A stretch of 58,131 nucleotides of DNA from a virus (Duplodnaviria; Caudoviricetes): the IMG/VR virus record IMGVR_UViG_3300044630_002552, positions 1 through 58,131 of that record. The stretch is one strand, 5' to 3'. This document shows, piece by piece, positions 49,379-57,616 of this stretch (position 1 is its first letter; every line of letters begins with the position of its first letter). Made by a program: the position numbers and the translations under genes. The notes beneath the pieces are model-generated. The model was given only the letters and a program-made list of their open reading frames with translations, was not told the DNA's origin and did not search any database.

Positions 49379-50257
49379 ATGTTATTGAAGAGAGGTGATA
49401 ATAACGAAGATGTAAAGAAATTACAGGTTAAATTGGGACTAGACCCAGTTGGTAATTTCGGACCAAAAACGGAAGATGCAGTAAAAGCATGGCAAGCCAA
49501 AAATGGTTTGACTGCTGATGGTATTGTTGGACCTAATACTTGGAATAAGATTATGGGTTTAACCCCAGTTCCTAAACCAGTAGTAGTAGCAACACCAACT
49601 CCAGCACCCGTTGTAGCACCTGCACCAGTAGTAGTAGCATCACCATCTTTTCCTGGTTTAAAATTAGATAAATTAAAAGGACATATTCCTGCCAATGTAA
49701 TTGCTATGATTCCAGATACGGCAGCGAAGTTTGGTATAAACACTCCTTTAAGATTAGCACACTTTTTGGCACAATGTGGACATGAAAGTGGTGGTTTCAA
49801 AGCAACACAAGAAAACCTAAACTATTCTGCAAAAGGATTGATGGGTATATTTAAGAAATACTTTCCAACGGTAGCAATGGCAACGGCATATCAAAGAAAG
49901 CCGGAGATGATTGCAAGTAGAGTATATGGTGGACGTATGGGAAATGGAGTTGAAGCAACTCGTGAGGGCTACAAATTCAGAGGGCGTGGGTATATTCAAT
50001 TAACTGGAAAGGAAAACTATACCGCATTCGGTAAGTCCATCGGTGAAGATGTTTGTGCAAACCCAGATGTGGTTGCTTCAAAGTACGCTTTACTCTCGGC
50101 CGCTTGGTTTTTCTCTAAAAACGGATTACATAAGTTAGCTGATGGTGGGTCTTCCGATGCGGTAGTTACACAAATAACAAAAAGAGTAAATGGTGGTACA
50201 ATTGGATTGGCTGACCGAATCAAACATTTTAAAGAGTATTACTACTTACTAGCATAA
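49379..50257 (+). CDS. Endolysin: peptidoglycan-binding domain + glycoside hydrolase family 19
   Basis: FGPKTEDAVKAWQ..GLTADGIVGPNTW; P/A/V linker; HFLAQCGHESGGF, ENLNYS, RGRGYIQLTG, TKRVNGG. Confidence 0.92.
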   Translation: MLLKRGDNNEDVKKLQVKLGLDPVGNFGPKTEDAVKAWQAKNGLTADGIVGPNTWNKIMGLTPVPKPVVVATPTPAPVVAPAPVVVASPSFPGLKLDKLKGHIPANVIAMIPDTAAKFGINTPLRLAHFLAQCGHESGGFKATQENLNYSAKGLMGIFKKYFPTVAMATAYQRKPEMIASRVYGGRMGNGVEATREGYKFRGRGYIQLTGKENYTAFGKSIGEDVCANPDVVASKYALLSAAWFFSKNGLHKLADGGSSDAVVTQITKRVNGGTIGLADRIKHFKEYYYLLA

Positions 50258-50260
50258 GAT

Positions 50261-50845
50261 ATGGGATTATTAATAGAACACAACCTTTTTGAAGGTAGGC
50301 TACAAGAAGATGAAAACGGCAAGTTTTTGGTTAAAGGTGTTTTGCAAAGAGCAGATGCTCCTAACCAAAATCATCGTATCTATCCTCTTAACATATTACA
50401 GAGGGAAGCAAAGAAATACGAAACCCTAATACAAGAGCGTAGAGCATTGGGTGAATTAGACCATCCAGAATCAACCGTTATTAACTTAAAGAATGTATCA
50501 CATAACATTAAAGAAATTTGGTGGGATGGTAGTGATTTATGTGGGACAGTAGAAGTTCTTTCAACTCCATCTGGTAACATCTTAAAAGAATTATTCAAAC
50601 ACAATATCCGTTTGGGTATTAGCAGTAGAGGTATGGGTTCAGTTAAACCTATGAGAGATAATACTGTAATGGTACAAGAAGATTTTGAACTAATTGGTTG
50701 GGATTTTGTATCTAATCCATCTACACATGGTGCATTTTTATCACCAACTTCTATGAACGAAAGTGTGAAAAGAGAAATCGAAGAGTGTGGAAAGTGGTGT
50801 AAATCACAAGATTTAATGAGACAAATAATAGAAGAATTAAACTAA
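50261..50845 (+). CDS. Prohead core protease (T4 gp21-like)
   Basis: NQNHRIYP, ALGELDHP, NVSH, TPSG, GISSRGMGS, DFVSNPST. Confidence 0.95.
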   Translation: MGLLIEHNLFEGRLQEDENGKFLVKGVLQRADAPNQNHRIYPLNILQREAKKYETLIQERRALGELDHPESTVINLKNVSHNIKEIWWDGSDLCGTVEVLSTPSGNILKELFKHNIRLGISSRGMGSVKPMRDNTVMVQEDFELIGWDFVSNPSTHGAFLSPTSMNESVKREIEECGKWCKSQDLMRQIIEELN

Positions 50846-50852
50846 TAAAAAT

Positions 50853-51077
50853 ATGGCATTTAATATAACGCAATATATGGCTTCTAATAAGATTAAAGCC
50901 AAATCTAATGAGCAAGAAAGAAGAGATTTGTTAGAAGCAGCAATGCACGCAATGACTCGTGAAAAATCATTAGATAGATTGAAAGAGGTTAAGCATAACA
51001 TTGCACCTTATAGCAAAGAAGCTATCAAACATATTGATATGGCAATCAAACTTATAGAACAATTTGAAGCAAAATAA
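50853..51077 (+). CDS. Hypothetical protein
   Basis: 74-aa ORF filling the gap, A-rich leader. Confidence 0.55.
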   Translation: MAFNITQYMASNKIKAKSNEQERRDLLEAAMHAMTREKSLDRLKEVKHNIAPYSKEAIKHIDMAIKLIEQFEAK

Positions 51078-51644
51078 TATGATAAAGTTAAAGAAATTAT
51101 TGAACGAAGAAACGTTTACTGCTACTAATAAGAAAACAGGTAACACGTCGGTATTTAAATCAAAAGAACATAGAGATTCTGCAATTAAAGCAGGTACACA
51201 TACTGCTATAAAAGATAAATCGCAATCTACAAAATCTACTGGAAGTTCTTCAAACGGAAATATTTTTGGTAAACCAAAAAAATTAGAACCTAAATCAACT
51301 TCAACATCCACTCCAGCTAAAAAAGTAAACCATATATCGGATGCACTTCCAAAAGAAATTTATGCTAAAATGGATAATGAAGATAGTGATGCTGGCGAAA
51401 TGGATTATTTATCTACAAAAGATGGTGCTATAAAATATGGTATAGCTAAAGAAGGTGATAAATATTATGTAACATTAGGTACTGAAGAAGGTGAAATAAT
51501 AAAATCTTTTGGAAAAACTAAAGATGCTGGAGAAGCTGTACAAATATTTATGAAAAATTTAGATATGGTTAAGTCTAAAGTTAAATTAGATATGTAATTG
51601 AAATATTTAATAAAAAATAATATGATAAAGTTAAAGAAATTATT
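51071..51644 (+). repeat. Perfect 31-nt direct repeat (51071-51101 and 51614-51644) spanning two gene starts
   Basis: AAAATAATATGATAAAGTTAAAGAAATTATT occurs twice. Confidence 0.9.
51079..51597 (+). CDS. Putative internal head protein (MIKLKKLLNE leader)
   Basis: ATG 51079 just after the upstream stop; shared N-terminal motif. Confidence 0.55.
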   Translation: MIKLKKLLNEETFTATNKKTGNTSVFKSKEHRDSAIKAGTHTAIKDKSQSTKSTGSSSNGNIFGKPKKLEPKSTSTSTPAKKVNHISDALPKEIYAKMDNEDSDAGEMDYLSTKDGAIKYGIAKEGDKYYVTLGTEEGEIIKSFGKTKDAGEAVQIFMKNLDMVKSKVKLDM

Positions 51645-52131
51645 AGGTGAAGGTGTGGGTGCATCTAAACAAACTTTAAGCAACGAAGCAAGAAGACACT
51701 TTTTAGAAATCATTTCTACTTATGGTTCATTTGGACCAAAGTTAAAGAATGAAAATGATTTGGCACAAATCGCTGAAACATTGGGTGCAATCACAGATGC
51801 AGCTAGTGAGTTCGCTAATAAAGAAGCTGGTAATCACTTTGACGAGAGCACAGTCAAACGAAATATGAATGAGCTAGGGAAACTATCATCTCAATTCGAA
51901 AAGATTGCTAACGAAGCAAAATCATTACATTCACAAATGGAAAACCTATACGAAGATATGGGACACATTATAGGTAGATACTATGGTGTTAGTGAATTAA
52001 GTGAAGAAGAAGTAAATCAAAGATTAGGTATCCGTAACGAAAAGTTAGTTGGAAATCAACACAAATTAGATGTTGATAAAGATGGTGATATTGGTTCAGA
52101 TGATTTAGCAGATTTAAGAGCACAAAAATAA
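51622..52131 (+). CDS. Putative internal head protein (MIKLKKLLGE leader)
   Basis: Shared leader; LYEDMGHIIGRYY; C-terminal LVGNQHKLDVDKDGDIGSDDLADLR (EF-hand-like). Confidence 0.55.
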   Translation: MIKLKKLLGEGVGASKQTLSNEARRHFLEIISTYGSFGPKLKNENDLAQIAETLGAITDAASEFANKEAGNHFDESTVKRNMNELGKLSSQFEKIANEAKSLHSQMENLYEDMGHIIGRYYGVSELSEEEVNQRLGIRNEKLVGNQHKLDVDKDGDIGSDDLADLRAQK

Positions 52132-52132
52132 G

Positions 52133-52687
52133 ATGATAAAGCTAAAAGAATTATTAAGCGAAATAAAGTTTGACTCCAATGGTCAAATGAAAATCAAAAA
52201 ACAATACAACAATGTTTCTGATTTTGAGAAAAACGCCAAAAACGGAGATTATGTTTGGGTAGGAAAGAACGCTAATGATTTTAAAAATATCGGACAATCG
52301 TATTTATCAAAAGTAGTAGGTAAAGATGCAGAAGGTAACGCAATTTTAACTCCGTGGAAAAGAAATAAAAAATATACAATTCCACAAAAAGACCAAATGG
52401 TAATTGTAGTAGAGTCTTTGAACGAAGCAAACGATTTAAAAGTATATCACAAATCTTATACTGAAGCAATCCAAACTGCAAAAGAATACGCTTTGAAGAG
52501 AGGATATATGGTAGATGATGATGACTCATTTAGAAAGATAGGAATGGGACCTCGTAAACCATCGGAAGGAAAGACTAATAAAGTATCGGTTGAATTGACT
52601 AAAGGTGGAAAACCATCAAACAAACAATTACATATTCAGGTATACGGAATGAAAAACGGATACGAACTTAATTGCTATATAGGATAA
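52133..52687 (+). CDS. Putative internal head protein (MIKLKELLSE leader)
   Basis: Shared leader; internal ESLNE junction; C-terminal LHIQVYGM..YELNCYI module. Confidence 0.55.
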   Translation: MIKLKELLSEIKFDSNGQMKIKKQYNNVSDFEKNAKNGDYVWVGKNANDFKNIGQSYLSKVVGKDAEGNAILTPWKRNKKYTIPQKDQMVIVVESLNEANDLKVYHKSYTEAIQTAKEYALKRGYMVDDDDSFRKIGMGPRKPSEGKTNKVSVELTKGGKPSNKQLHIQVYGMKNGYELNCYIG

Positions 52688-53082
52688 TGATAAAGCTAAC
52701 GGATTTGGTTAAAGGATATGGTAAGTTTGAGCAAGGAGTTGTTTATTCTAATCCATACCATACTGCATTCAAATCACAGGTCAAAGAAGAGGTAATAGAA
52801 GAAGCAACTACAAAGTTAGATTTTGCGCAAGCAAGTGGTGTTGAGTTTATGGCATCCTCAAATAATGGTAAAATTGTTTTAATTCCAAAATCTATAAAAG
52901 ATAAATCAAAAATTGAAAATGTAATATCTAAATTAGGTAATGGTGGAGAAGATGATTTCTTATCATTAGTTCAAATCCGTTTAGAAAAGAAATTAGGATT
53001 GAAAGTTATTGCAGATAAAAGATATAGTGGTGCAGGTTACGCATTTGAAATTGATATGGATACTTTATTAAAGAAACTATAA
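52687..53082 (+). CDS. Putative internal head protein (MIKLTDLVK leader)
   Basis: TAATG coupling at 52685-52689; shared leader. Confidence 0.5.
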   Translation: MIKLTDLVKGYGKFEQGVVYSNPYHTAFKSQVKEEVIEEATTKLDFAQASGVEFMASSNNGKIVLIPKSIKDKSKIENVISKLGNGGEDDFLSLVQIRLEKKLGLKVIADKRYSGAGYAFEIDMDTLLKKL

Positions 53083-53444
53083 TGATAAAGTTAAAAACCA
53101 TATTAAAAGAAAAGTTAGATAATAACGAATACCAAATGGTAGATGGGATTGTTGATATTCTAAATCAAGTATTAGATGTAGAAAATCGTAAATCTATTGC
53201 TGATAATATGGTAAGACAATTTAAAGACGAAGGAATAAAGTTTGATTATAGTAAGTTCTATGATGCAATCGGTTGTTCAGAATCTATGGTTAAAGAAGAT
53301 GGGTTTCCTGGTGGTGCAGGTGTAGGTTTATCCCTACCTGGTGGATATATCAATGGTGCTCCATCTTATGATAAAGTAAAATCAACAAAGAAAAGAATAC
53401 AAAACGATAAAAATCAACGTTATACTAAAGTAGAACAAAAGTAA
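53082..53444 (+). CDS. Putative internal head protein (MIKLKTILKE leader)
   Basis: TAATG coupling; shared leader. Confidence 0.5.
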   Translation: MIKLKTILKEKLDNNEYQMVDGIVDILNQVLDVENRKSIADNMVRQFKDEGIKFDYSKFYDAIGCSESMVKEDGFPGGAGVGLSLPGGYINGAPSYDKVKSTKKRIQNDKNQRYTKVEQK

Positions 53445-53448
53445 AGTT

Positions 53449-53691
53449 ATGATTAACATTGAAGTAAAAGACGGCAATATAGCTGGAGCATTAAAGAAAT
53501 TAAAGAAAAAGTTTGATGCAATTGGTGTTGTTAAAGAATTAAGAGATAGACAACAATTTACAAAACCATCCGTTACTAAAAGAGAAATGATGGAAAAAGC
53601 TGAAAGAAAACAATTAGTTCAGCAAAAAGACCTTTACAGAGGTAAAAAATTAAAAGAAATACCAAAAAAATTTCGTAGTTTATATAAATAA
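53449..53691 (+). CDS. rpsU: Phage-encoded 30S ribosomal protein bS21
   Basis: IEVKDGNIAGALKKLKKKF..GVVKELRDRQQFTKPSVTKR matches the bS21 pattern. Confidence 0.9.
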   Translation: MINIEVKDGNIAGALKKLKKKFDAIGVVKELRDRQQFTKPSVTKREMMEKAERKQLVQQKDLYRGKKLKEIPKKFRSLYK

Positions 53692-53714
53692 TTTACTTTT
53701 TTTTTAAAAAGTAT

Positions 53715-53859
53715 ATATCTATATAATGTAATACCAATATCATTTGGTTAATATCCTGTTAGTTGATGAATAGTTTATCCTTATATAAACTCACCGAAAA
53801 TCTAACAAAATTCTATTAGACCCGAAATCAATGGGTTTAGAAAAAATCAAGTATAAAAA
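53715..53859 (+). promoter_or_regulatory. Late promoter variant (ATATCTATA) and structured 5' leader of the scaffold/capsid operon
   Basis: Motif 53715-53723; stems ACCAA/TTGGT, TGTTAG/CTAACA enclosing AGTTTAT/ATAAACT, TAGACCC/GGGTTTA. Confidence 0.5.
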
Positions 53860-55032
53860 ATGGCAAGTTCAAAATTGTTAAAAGAAGCAATCGCCGATGC
53901 TAAAGCTGTAAGAGAAACTGCATTAGCAAACGCAAAACTTCAATTAGAGGAAGCATTTACTCCTCGTTTGAAGTCAATTCTTTCTCAAAAATTACGTGCA
54001 GAAGCTGAAGATATGGAAGCTGAAGACGAAATGCATGAGGGAGAAGAGGAAGAAGAAGATAAAATGGAAGAAGAATTAAGTTCTTCTAACATTGGGGGTG
54101 GTGCACAACCAACATTAGATTCAGCAGAAGCTGAAGATGAGTTAGGTGCAGCAGACGTAACTAAAACTTCTGGTAAGCCAGAAGATGAGTTAGAAGATTA
54201 CGATTTCGCTAAATCAATCACAGAAGAAGAAGATGAAGATTCAATGGAAGATGCAGCGGAAGATGCAGCTGAAATGGAAGAAGGTGAAGATATGGAAGAT
54301 GATTCTATGGAAGCTCCATCGGAAGATGATTTAGATTTGGAAGCAATCATTCGTGAATTAGAAGACGAATTGGGCGCAGAAGGAGAAGATGAAATGGAAG
54401 AAGGTGAGTATGGTGAAGAAGAAATGGAAGAAGGTGAATACGAAGACGAAAACCCTAACGCAGAAAAAATTGCTGAATTAAGAAAGCAAATAGCTGAATT
54501 AGAAGGTGAAAACGGCGAAGAAGAAGCTCCTGAAATGGAAGAAGGTGAAGAAGAAGATGGTGAAGAAGAATTAAACATCGAATCTATCATCAAAGAATTA
54601 GAAGATGAAGAAGCAGCGGAAGAAGAAGAGAAGAAAGCAGTAGAAGAATCAAAATCATTGAAAAATGAATTGAGACAAGCAATATCTGTAATCAGAACTT
54701 TGAAGTCTACAATCAATGAGATTAACTTATTGAACGCTAAACTTTTATATTCTAACAAATTATTTAGAGGATACAATTTGACTAACGAACAAAAAACAAA
54801 AGTTATTGATTCATTCGATAGAACTGGAACAATTCGTGAAGTGAAATTGGTTTACTCAACAATCGCCGAATCTATGAAGATGGGTGGAAGTGTTAAGAAA
54901 GTACAATCTGTAAAGAGAATTACTGAAGGAGCTTCTAAACCACAAAAGAGTACAGGTGTAAAAAAACAAATCATCAGCGAAAATTCTGCTTACTCTGATA
55001 GATTTAAACAATTAGCAGGATTAATTAAATAA
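53860..55032 (+). CDS. Prohead scaffolding protein (gp22-like role)
   Basis: LLKEAIADAKAVRETALANAK, very acidic centre, EINLLNAKLLY, C-terminal RFKQLAGL; directly upstream of MCP. Confidence 0.8.
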   Translation: MASSKLLKEAIADAKAVRETALANAKLQLEEAFTPRLKSILSQKLRAEAEDMEAEDEMHEGEEEEEDKMEEELSSSNIGGGAQPTLDSAEAEDELGAADVTKTSGKPEDELEDYDFAKSITEEEDEDSMEDAAEDAAEMEEGEDMEDDSMEAPSEDDLDLEAIIRELEDELGAEGEDEMEEGEYGEEEMEEGEYEDENPNAEKIAELRKQIAELEGENGEEEAPEMEEGEEEDGEEELNIESIIKELEDEEAAEEEEKKAVEESKSLKNELRQAISVIRTLKSTINEINLLNAKLLYSNKLFRGYNLTNEQKTKVIDSFDRTGTIREVKLVYSTIAESMKMGGSVKKVQSVKRITEGASKPQKSTGVKKQIISENSAYSDRFKQLAGLIK

Positions 55033-55051
55033 CAAATAAGGAACAAAACAA

Positions 55052-56698
55052 ATGGCACAATTTAATTTAAACAAATTAATGGAAGGCAAAAACCCAACTG
55101 CGGTTATGCTTGAGCAAACTCGCGGGTTGAAAAACAAGTGGGAAAAAACTGGTTTATTAGAAGGCTTAACTGGTGCAACTGAAGAGCACGGAATGGCTGT
55201 AATTTTAGAAAACCAAGCAAAACAATTATTAGATGAGACTACAAAGACAGGTTTTTCAGGTGGTTCTGAAGAATGGTCTGGTGTAGCTTTACCATTGGTT
55301 CGCCGTATATTCGGTGAAATCGCAGCAAAGGAATTTGTTTCGGTACAACCAATGAACTTACCATCAGGTTTGATTTTCTACATGGATTTCAAATATGGTA
55401 CAACTGGAAAAGGATATGGTGATGCATCTAGCACATCATTATATGGTGGAACATCTGCAGCGAAGTTAGGTTCAACTAACGTAGCTCAAAATGGTCTTTA
55501 CGGTGAAGGACGTTATGCATATTCAGTAAATGATAATTCTGCTATCGTATCTTTCGCTACTGCAGCTAAAGTTACTGCTTTATCTGACATCAATTTTGAT
55601 TCATCTTTATCGGCTTCAGTTGCTGCTGGTAACTTGTACAAAATTACTTTAACATCTGCTTCAGTTGCAGCATTATCTGCTGACACTAACGCAGTACGTT
55701 CATTCTATGTATCTGGTTCATTACAAGGTGGAACTTCTGGTTCAATCAACACTTACTACCCAGCATTGACTACTTACTCTTCTAATGGTACTGTATCATT
55801 AATCGTAAGTTCATCAGTATTGGCTTCAGGTTCAACTGCTGCAACTATTGGTTTAGTATATTCTGTACAGCCAACTGCAACATCTCGTGGTGATTTCGAA
55901 GATAGAGACCCTATCAACAACCCATCAGGTGGAACTAACTTGAACATTCCTCAAGTAGATTTAGAATTGAAATCAGAGGCAATCGTTGCTAAAACTCGTA
56001 AGTTGAAAGCAGTTTGGACTCCAGAATTGGCACAAGATTTGAACGCTTACCACTCAATTGATGCAGAAGCTGAATTGACTGCTATGTTATCTGAATATAT
56101 CTCATTAGAGATTGACTTGGAAATCTTGGATTTATTGAAAGGAAACGCATTAACTACTGAATACTGGTCTACAAAGATTGGTAATGAGTGGAATGGTTCA
56201 GAATTTGCAATTGATGCAGATTCATCTAACGCAAGTGCTTACACTAAAAACACTTGGTTCCAGACTTTAGGAACTAAATTAAACAAAGTATCTAACAAGA
56301 TTCACCAATTGACAATGCGTGGTGGAGCTAACTTTATCGTTGCTTCTCCAGACGTTTGTACTATTTTAGAATCAATCCCAGCTTTCTCTGTAAACGCTGA
56401 TAAAGATGCTAAACAATTCGCAGCTGGTGTAACTCAAGTTGGTTCTTTGGCTAATCGTTACACAGTTTACAAAAACCCTTACATGACTTCTAACGAAATC
56501 TTATTGGGTTACAAAGGAAATAACTTCCTTGAGACTGGTGCGGTTTATGCTCCATATGTACCTTTAATCTTGACTCCATTGGTGTACGACCCAGATAACT
56601 TCACTCCACGTAGAGGTGTTATGACTCGTTACGCTAAAAAATTGGTTCGTCCAGAATTTTACGGTAAAGTATTGGTTGAAGGTTTGGCTAATATCTAA
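55052..56698 (+). CDS. Major capsid protein (T4 gp23-like)
   Basis: KWEKTGLLEG, ILENQ, LPLVRR, VQPMNLPSGLIF, AKTRKLKAVWT.ELAQDL.A.H..DAEAEL, YAPYVPL, GVMTRY. Confidence 0.96.
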   Translation: MAQFNLNKLMEGKNPTAVMLEQTRGLKNKWEKTGLLEGLTGATEEHGMAVILENQAKQLLDETTKTGFSGGSEEWSGVALPLVRRIFGEIAAKEFVSVQPMNLPSGLIFYMDFKYGTTGKGYGDASSTSLYGGTSAAKLGSTNVAQNGLYGEGRYAYSVNDNSAIVSFATAAKVTALSDINFDSSLSASVAAGNLYKITLTSASVAALSADTNAVRSFYVSGSLQGGTSGSINTYYPALTTYSSNGTVSLIVSSSVLASGSTAATIGLVYSVQPTATSRGDFEDRDPINNPSGGTNLNIPQVDLELKSEAIVAKTRKLKAVWTPELAQDLNAYHSIDAEAELTAMLSEYISLEIDLEILDLLKGNALTTEYWSTKIGNEWNGSEFAIDADSSNASAYTKNTWFQTLGTKLNKVSNKIHQLTMRGGANFIVASPDVCTILESIPAFSVNADKDAKQFAAGVTQVGSLANRYTVYKNPYMTSNEILLGYKGNNFLETGAVYAPYVPLILTPLVYDPDNFTPRRGVMTRYAKKLVRPEFYGKVLVEGLANI

Positions 56699-56720
56699 TC
56701 CAACAATCAAAAGTAAAGTG

Positions 56721-56752
56721 AAAAGAGAGAGGAGAAATCCTCTCTTTTTTTT
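56721..56752 (+). terminator. Intrinsic terminator after MCP
   Basis: AGAGAGGA-GAAA-TCCTCTCT plus T-run. Confidence 0.9.
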
Positions 56753-56769
56753 GTTTATATGAAAACTAT

Positions 56770-56778
56770 ATATTTATA
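56770..56778 (+). promoter_or_regulatory. Putative late promoter motif ATATTTATA
   Basis: Recurrent intergenic motif. Confidence 0.6.
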
Positions 56779-56802
56779 TAATATAAAAACAATAGGATTA
56801 AA

Positions 56803-57339
56803 ATGGCAAACTCATTACATAGAGCATACGATTTAGATATTATAGCACCGAGTGGTAGTACCAAAGTGATGGTAGTAACGGAAGATGGATTTCAATTTGC
56901 ATATTCAACAGTAGAAGCAATCCAATCACCATTGGATGTGGCTGGATTAGCAACCGATGCTGATATTACATCTTTAAGCGCATCAATAGCCGCATTAAGT
57001 GGTTCGATTGGTGTAAGTGGTAGTTATTCTACACAAGATAAATTCTTCGCAACCAACAATGGTGGTGGACAAAACTTTAAAGTTGGTGATGATGCTTGGA
57101 TTGGTGATGTAAATCGTTCAAATACAATGCAAGTATCAGGTGTACAAAATGCAGCAACTGGATATATTAAATTTGCAAGTGGTTCTAATACACCTGTAAT
57201 TGGTTCGAATGGTGCAAATCGTTTAAACATTGCAAATATCCCAACATATGCTAATAATGCAGCTGCATTAGCAGGCGGGTTAGTAGCAGGTGATATTTAT
57301 ATCTATACTGCAAGTGATTTTTTAGCAATAGTTCATTAA
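56803..57339 (+). CDS. Putative virion structural/decoration protein
   Basis: S/G/A-rich; C-terminal PTYANNAAALAGGLVAGDIY; follows MCP. Confidence 0.55.
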   Translation: MANSLHRAYDLDIIAPSGSTKVMVVTEDGFQFAYSTVEAIQSPLDVAGLATDADITSLSASIAALSGSIGVSGSYSTQDKFFATNNGGGQNFKVGDDAWIGDVNRSNTMQVSGVQNAATGYIKFASGSNTPVIGSNGANRLNIANIPTYANNAAALAGGLVAGDIYIYTASDFLAIVH

Positions 57340-57358
57340 AATTATAAATAAAAATAAA

Positions 57359-57595
57359 ATGGCAGAATATAGAGCATATAAAGTATCAACCGTAAGTGGT
57401 TCGGTTGCATTAGGAAAAGGAACGGCATATCCAAATGTTTGGGGAGTTATGCGAGGTGAAGGAAACCCAAGTGGTAGTGTAGCATTAGCAGGTGGTGGTG
57501 TTATAAATTTAACATCAATTGATAATCATCAAATATTTCCTTGCTACCCGATATATTTAACAATTTCATCAGGTGCAATGATTATTTTGGAATAA
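57359..57595 (+). CDS. Small putative structural protein
   Basis: 78 aa, beta-rich, followed by a terminator. Confidence 0.55.
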   Translation: MAEYRAYKVSTVSGSVALGKGTAYPNVWGVMRGEGNPSGSVALAGGGVINLTSIDNHQIFPCYPIYLTISSGAMIILE

Positions 57596-57616
57596 TATAA
57601 ATTTACAAAAATATCT

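Noticed and set aside
53692-53859. tRNA gene in the long intergenic gap
   Set aside because: No T-arm GTTC motif, acceptor stem or CCA; no tRNA or rRNA was recognised anywhere in the window
54198-54776. 192-aa Ser-rich minus-strand ORF
   Set aside because: Antisense shadow of the GAA-rich scaffold gene
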